DNA from: Christensenellaceae bacterium
GTDB lineage: Bacteria; Bacillota; Clostridia; Christensenellales; Borkfalkiaceae
Assembly (NCBI GenBank): GCA_045645865.1
Contig: JAZRJP010000019.1
Coordinates: 9,651-73,650, forward strand
Reading direction: 5' to 3'
Length of the DNA stretch: 64,000 nt
Below are positions 60,427-64,000 of this stretch, one piece after another (position 1 is the first letter of the stretch; the number at the start of each line of letters is the position of its first letter). The notes beneath the pieces were generated by a model, which worked only from the letters and a program-made list of their open reading frames with translations, was not told where the DNA came from and searched no databases. A program made the position numbers and the translations under genes.

Positions 60427-61200
60427 TTATTTATTCATATCGTAAATTCTTTTTAAACCTTCAAGAGTTAACATCCTATCGGTTTTATTTATGCAAGAAA
60501 CTTCTTTTGCTATAACTTCACCCATACCACCCGTTGCGATAACTTGGACGTTTTGGTCGTTAAGTTCGTCTTTTATCTTTTTAACGATATTTTCAACTAA
60601 ACCTGCAAAGCCGTATATTATACCTGCTTGCATACAAGAACGTGTGTTTTTACAAATAATGCTTTTTGGTGGAACAAGGTCTATCATAGGTAATTGTGCC
60701 GTGTTAGAAACTAATCCTTCAAGCGAAGTTTTAATGCCCGGAGCAATTACTACGCCTATTAAAGCACCGTCTTTTGTTATAACGTCGAAGGTTGTTGCCG
60801 TACCAAAATCGATAACGATTAAATTTTTGCCTTTGCCGTATTTATTGTAAGCCGAAACGCAATTTGCGATAATATCTGCACCTACTTCTTTTGGAGAGTC
60901 TGCTTTAATATTTATTCCCGTTTTAACGCCTGCTCCTACGATTATAGGAGTAACGTTAAAGAAATATTCGCACATATGAATTATCGTGTAGTTTAAGTTT
61001 GGTATAACAGAAGATAAAATAATTCCGTCGATGTCTTTTCTTGCTATATCGTTGCTTGCTAATAAATTAATGAGTGTTGCACCATATTCATCTGCCGTCC
61101 TTGTATGACGTGAAGATACCCTGTACGATGCTTTTAATTTTTCGCCGTCGAAAACGGCATATTTAATGTTTGTGTTACCTATATCGATACATAAAATCAT
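60427..61200 (-). CDS. coaX: Type III pantothenate kinase
   Basis: 257 aa with LCIDIGNTN, DFGTATT and GG motifs of the ASKHA fold. Confidence 0.9.
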   Translation of the reverse strand: MILCIDIGNTNIKYAVFDGEKLKASYRVSSRHTRTADEYGATLINLLASNDIARKDIDGIILSSVIPNLNYTIIHMCEYFFNVTPIIVGAGVKTGINIKADSPKEVGADIIANCVSAYNKYGKGKNLIVIDFGTATTFDVITKDGALIGVVIAPGIKTSLEGLVSNTAQLPMIDLVPPKSIICKNTRSCMQAGIIYGFAGLVENIVKKIKDELNDQNVQVIATGGMGEVIAKEVSCINKTDRMLTLEGLKRIYDMNK

Positions 61201-61204
61201 AATT

Positions 61205-61795
61205 TTACCCCTTAAAATTAATTGCTTTAAACACTCTATTTAACGTAGGTGCTACAACTAAATTTATAGCAAGTTCTATAAAAAAGTTAAAAGTTACGAT
61301 AGAAACTAATATAAATTTTAATACGTTTTGACCATTTGCCATAGTGTAAACTGAATTAGTCATAAATAAACAACCTATAACAAATAAAGTTGTGTTTACG
61401 ATAGGCACGATAGCCGAAGCGACAAAGGTAGCAACGATTTTATTGCTTCTAGCAATAGAGTTATAAATTAATCCACTTAAAAAGCCTGCAACCGTTGTTT
61501 TTAAAAGACATGTGAGTGCAACGACGATAGGGTCGCCTGCCCATATTATTGTATAAAAAGGCGCAATACCCATAATAACTTGGATAAGCACGACAACGCC
61601 ACAAACAAAACCTGTTAACGCACCTACTTTTGCTCCAAATAAAATACCACCAAGCACAATAGGGATAAGAGTGAAATTGAGTTGAACGACACCGATTGAA
61701 ACGGTGCCACCTACTGCTTGCAACACTATTACTAACGCTATCAAAATAGCAATACCCGTGATTTGCTTGGCGGATAAGTTTAATTTATTACCCAT
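61205..61795 (-). CDS. ECF transporter S component (substrate-capture subunit; pantothenate suspected from coaX linkage)
   Basis: A six-helix hydrophobic protein. I moved the start from the TTG at 61807 to the ATG at 61795 (MGNK), which follows GGAGG with 5-nt spacing. The substrate is inferred only from the adjacent coaX. Confidence 0.6.
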   Translation of the reverse strand: MGNKLNLSAKQITGIAILIALVIVLQAVGGTVSIGVVQLNFTLIPIVLGGILFGAKVGALTGFVCGVVVLIQVIMGIAPFYTIIWAGDPIVVALTCLLKTTVAGFLSGLIYNSIARSNKIVATFVASAIVPIVNTTLFVIGCLFMTNSVYTMANGQNVLKFILVSIVTFNFFIELAINLVVAPTLNRVFKAINFKG

Positions 61796-61993
61796 AATAA
61801 CCTCCAATCGAGTTCTAAAAAGATACCCGTAAGAAAAATTAAAAAATATGTAATCAAACCCGTAGTGGTGTTTGTATATTTATATTTTAATACAAAATTA
61901 AAAAAAATACAAGTGTAGTAACAAAATTTTATAAATTAAAATAGAATATTATTGATAGCCTAAATTACGGCTAATTTGGAGGAATAAATTTAT

Positions 61994-62215
61994 ATGTTTA
62001 ATTGTTTCGGTTTTAACAATGATAATTGCAGTCTTTACATACTTATAATTCTTTTAGTGCTTTGCCTTTGTGGTAATGGTTGCTTAAACGATATTATAAA
62101 CAAAATTTGCAACTCTGGTTGCATTTTACCTATTGCTATTGCGCTTTTACTTTGCTGTTCAAATAAACCATGTGCTAAACCTTATGGCTTAAACGGCGGT
62201 TGCGGCTGCAAATAA
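61994..62215 (+). CDS. Small Cys-rich hydrophobic protein (73 aa, 12 Cys)
   Basis: GGAGGA RBS 9 nt upstream. Two hydrophobic segments are flanked by Cys clusters (CLCGNGC, LLLCCSNKPC, GGCGCK). A strong terminator lies at 62224-62250. Confidence 0.55.
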   Translation: MFNCFGFNNDNCSLYILIILLVLCLCGNGCLNDIINKICNSGCILPIAIALLLCCSNKPCAKPYGLNGGCGCK

Positions 62216-62223
62216 TAAAAACT

Positions 62224-62250
62224 AAATGGTAGCATTTGCTACCATTTTTT
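62224..62250. terminator. Bidirectional intrinsic terminator between the Cys-rich ORF and the convergent ArsR gene
   Basis: AAATGGTAGC pairs with GCTACCATTT, followed by TTT. Confidence 0.75.
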
Positions 62251-62258
62251 ATTGCCTT

Positions 62259-62606
62259 TTAATACCCTAAAAATTCAACGCCTTTTAATAAAACTTCGTT
62301 GATTAATTCGTTTTTTAATGAGTAAAAGACAATTTTGCCTTGCCTTTTATACTTAACTACGCCCATATCACGAAGCAAGCGTAATTGATGCGAAACAGTG
62401 GTTTGATTTAAATTTAACGTTTTAGATATATCGCTAACACACATTTCGCTAATTGCAAGGGCTGACACCATTTTTAATCGTGTTAAGTCTGAAAAAATAC
62501 TAAAAAATCCTACAAGTTCTTGCAAAATTTCGTCGCTTGGGACGTAGTCTAATATTAGGCTTTGAACTTTTTTATCAAGAAGTAAACAACTACCGTTTTG
62601 TTGCAT
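62259..62606 (-). CDS. ArsR/SmtB family transcriptional regulator
   Basis: FSDLTRLKMVSALAISEMCVSDISKTLNLNQTTVSHQLRLLRDMGVV is a winged HTH. I moved the start to the second ATG (MQQNGSC), which is preceded by AAAGGAAG. Confidence 0.8.
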   Translation of the reverse strand: MQQNGSCLLLDKKVQSLILDYVPSDEILQELVGFFSIFSDLTRLKMVSALAISEMCVSDISKTLNLNQTTVSHQLRLLRDMGVVKYKRQGKIVFYSLKNELINEVLLKGVEFLGY

Positions 62607-62747
62607 AAAAAATACTTCCTTTAAATTATTTTGCATCTTTCGTTTATTTAATTATACTTTGTAAAAATAAATGTGTCAATTTTAACATAATATAAAGTTT
62701 TGTCGCATATCGTAGAATAAAGATAATTTTTGTAAAAAGGAGATTTT

Positions 62748-62885
62748 ATGAACTGCAACAATATTGCTATTGTAGGATTATTATTCTTACTTACGAATAA
62801 CGGTACAATATCACTTACACAATGTTTACTTTTAGGGGCACTTTTAACAACTACCTCTAATTGCTTGTGTCAACAAACGGTATAA
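62748..62885 (+). CDS. Small hydrophobic Cys-containing peptide (45 aa), not in the ORF track
   Basis: My translation is MNCNNIAIVGLLFLLTNNGTISLTQCLLLGALLTTTSNCLCQQTV. AAAGGAG lies 6 nt upstream, and a terminator hairpin follows at ~62923-62948. Its layout resembles the 73-aa ORF. Confidence 0.45.
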   Translation: MNCNNIAIVGLLFLLTNNGTISLTQCLLLGALLTTTSNCLCQQTV

Positions 62886-62951
62886 AGTATAAAAACTTAA
62901 AAACTTTTGTTTTTAAAAATTATAGCACGCTACTTATTAGCGTGCTATTTT

Positions 62952-64000
62952 TTATACTTTTATTGCTTTTAAATTTTTACCAACGACTGCCGATGCCATT
63001 TTAGATATATCATAATCTTTTGCACATTTGTTTACGTCTTCAAGCGTTACGCTTTCAATTTGTTGTAAACGCTTTTTAAAATCGTAAATTTCACCCGTCA
63101 TTAAATAATGTTTAGCAAATAACCTTGACTTTATCATGGCCTTGTCTTCACTAAATACGCAACCTGCTTTAAGTTGAACTTTTACCTTTTCAAATTCTTC
63201 TTGCGTGATGCCTTTATTAAAATCGGCTAATAATTCTTTTATGCTTTCGTACGCTTCGTCTAACCTGCTTCCATTTAAGCCTGCGTATATACCACAAAAA
63301 GCACTGTCTTTATATCTATAAGTAAATGAGTAAACTGAATAAGCAAGCCCTAATTCTTCCCTTATTTTTTGAAATAATCTACTACTCATACCACCGCCTA
63401 AAACGTTGGCACAAATTTCACTTGCCACGCTATCTTTATGTCCGTAAGGTACGGTTGGAAAAACTAAACATAAATGGGCTTGTTCAATTTCTTTACTTTT
63501 ATATAATTGTTTTGGCGAATTGTTTAATTCGTAATATGGTAACGATGCTACTTCGCCTACGTTTATTATAGGTAAAAGATGTTTTGTAACAAAATTATCG
63601 GCTTCTTCTAACGTGATATCGCCAACAAACGAAACGCAAGTGTTTTTTGCTACGTAAAATTTCTTAATATACTCTAAAACGTCTTGTTTTGTAAAAGATT
63701 TTACGTTATTTGCCGTACCTAAAATTGTTCTACCATAACCCGTATCGCCGTAAAAGGCTTGGCACGCTAAATCAAAGCAAACGTCGTCAGGCGAATCTTC
63801 ACTCATATTTATTTCTTCTATAATTACTTGTTTTTCTTTTTCGGCGTCCTTTTCGTTATACACTGAACTAAATACGGCTTTTGACATAATTTCAAAAGAC
63901 TTTTCGGCATATTCTTTTAAGCATTGTGCGTAATAGCAAGTGCAATTATAAGAAGTGTATGCGTTGTAACTTGTTCCGAAAGAATCTAATACATTTGAAA
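62952..64000 (-). CDS. M16 (pitrilysin/insulinase) family peptidase, N-terminus beyond the window
   Basis: The frame stays open upstream of Met 63887 to the window edge (...NAYTSYNCTCYYAQCLKEYAEKSFEIMSKAVF). EKEKQVIIEEINMSEDSPDDV is typical of the M16 middle region. Confidence 0.8.
   Translation of the reverse strand, partial: SNVLDSFGTSYNAYTSYNCTCYYAQCLKEYAEKSFEIMSKAVFSSVYNEKDAEKEKQVIIEEINMSEDSPDDVCFDLACQAFYGDTGYGRTILGTANNVKSFTKQDVLEYIKKFYVAKNTCVSFVGDITLEEADNFVTKHLLPIINVGEVASLPYYELNNSPKQLYKSKEIEQAHLCLVFPTVPYGHKDSVASEICANVLGGGMSSRLFQKIREELGLAYSVYSFTYRYKDSAFCGIYAGLNGSRLDEAYESIKELLADFNKGITQEEFEKVKVQLKAGCVFSEDKAMIKSRLFAKHYLMTGEIYDFKKRLQQIESVTLEDVNKCAKDYDISKMASAVVGKNLKAIKV

Noticed and set aside
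62748-62885. The 45-aa peptide as a SCIFF-type (six Cys in forty-five residues) radical-SAM-modified precursor
   Set aside because: It has only 4 Cys and a hydrophobic, membrane-like sequence unlike the hydrophilic SCIFF consensus I recall. No radical SAM maturase is nearby.

Overview
Chromosomal window from a low-GC Firmicute of the endospore-forming lineage (yabP-yabQ-ftsB/divIC and spmA-spmB are present, and gene order is Bacillus/Clostridium-like). I call 59 protein genes, 49 of them on the minus strand, and almost all are conserved housekeeping genes. They are gdhA (5'-partial), a CDF transporter, cysK, an acyltransferase, parE-parC, an aldose epimerase, leuS, proS with a T-box leader, a cadC/cadA-type metal efflux operon, a second P-type ATPase and gyrB-gyrA. 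Further along are ppx, yabP-yabQ-ftsB, metG-tatD-rsmA, spmAB, the dgt-dnaG-sigA-trmK-nif3 block, efp, the rimP-nusA-ylxR-ylxQ-infB-rbfA-nrnA-truB-ribF block, ispG, coaX and an M16 peptidase (partial). I saw no rRNA or tRNA genes, CRISPR arrays, transposases, integrases or recognisable defence genes. The only clearly accessory DNA is a 1.6-kb insert (14461-16050) between convergent leuS and proS. It is bracketed by a ~115-bp near-identical direct duplication of the shared terminator region. It carries a promoter-plus-terminator-bounded structured RNA of no class I recognise, and two tandem lipoprotein genes with a shared 5' module and atypical Gly codon usage. Three other items deserve a second look: a 510-aa PolC-derived N-terminal/OB/exonuclease protein at the syntenic polC position without any polymerase domain, an ArsR-family regulator flanked by two small Cys-rich hydrophobic peptide genes, and an unknown protein overlapping the parC stop. 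I did not find a convincing multi-gene novel system. The candidates above are the best I can support, and all need database or experimental checks that I cannot run.
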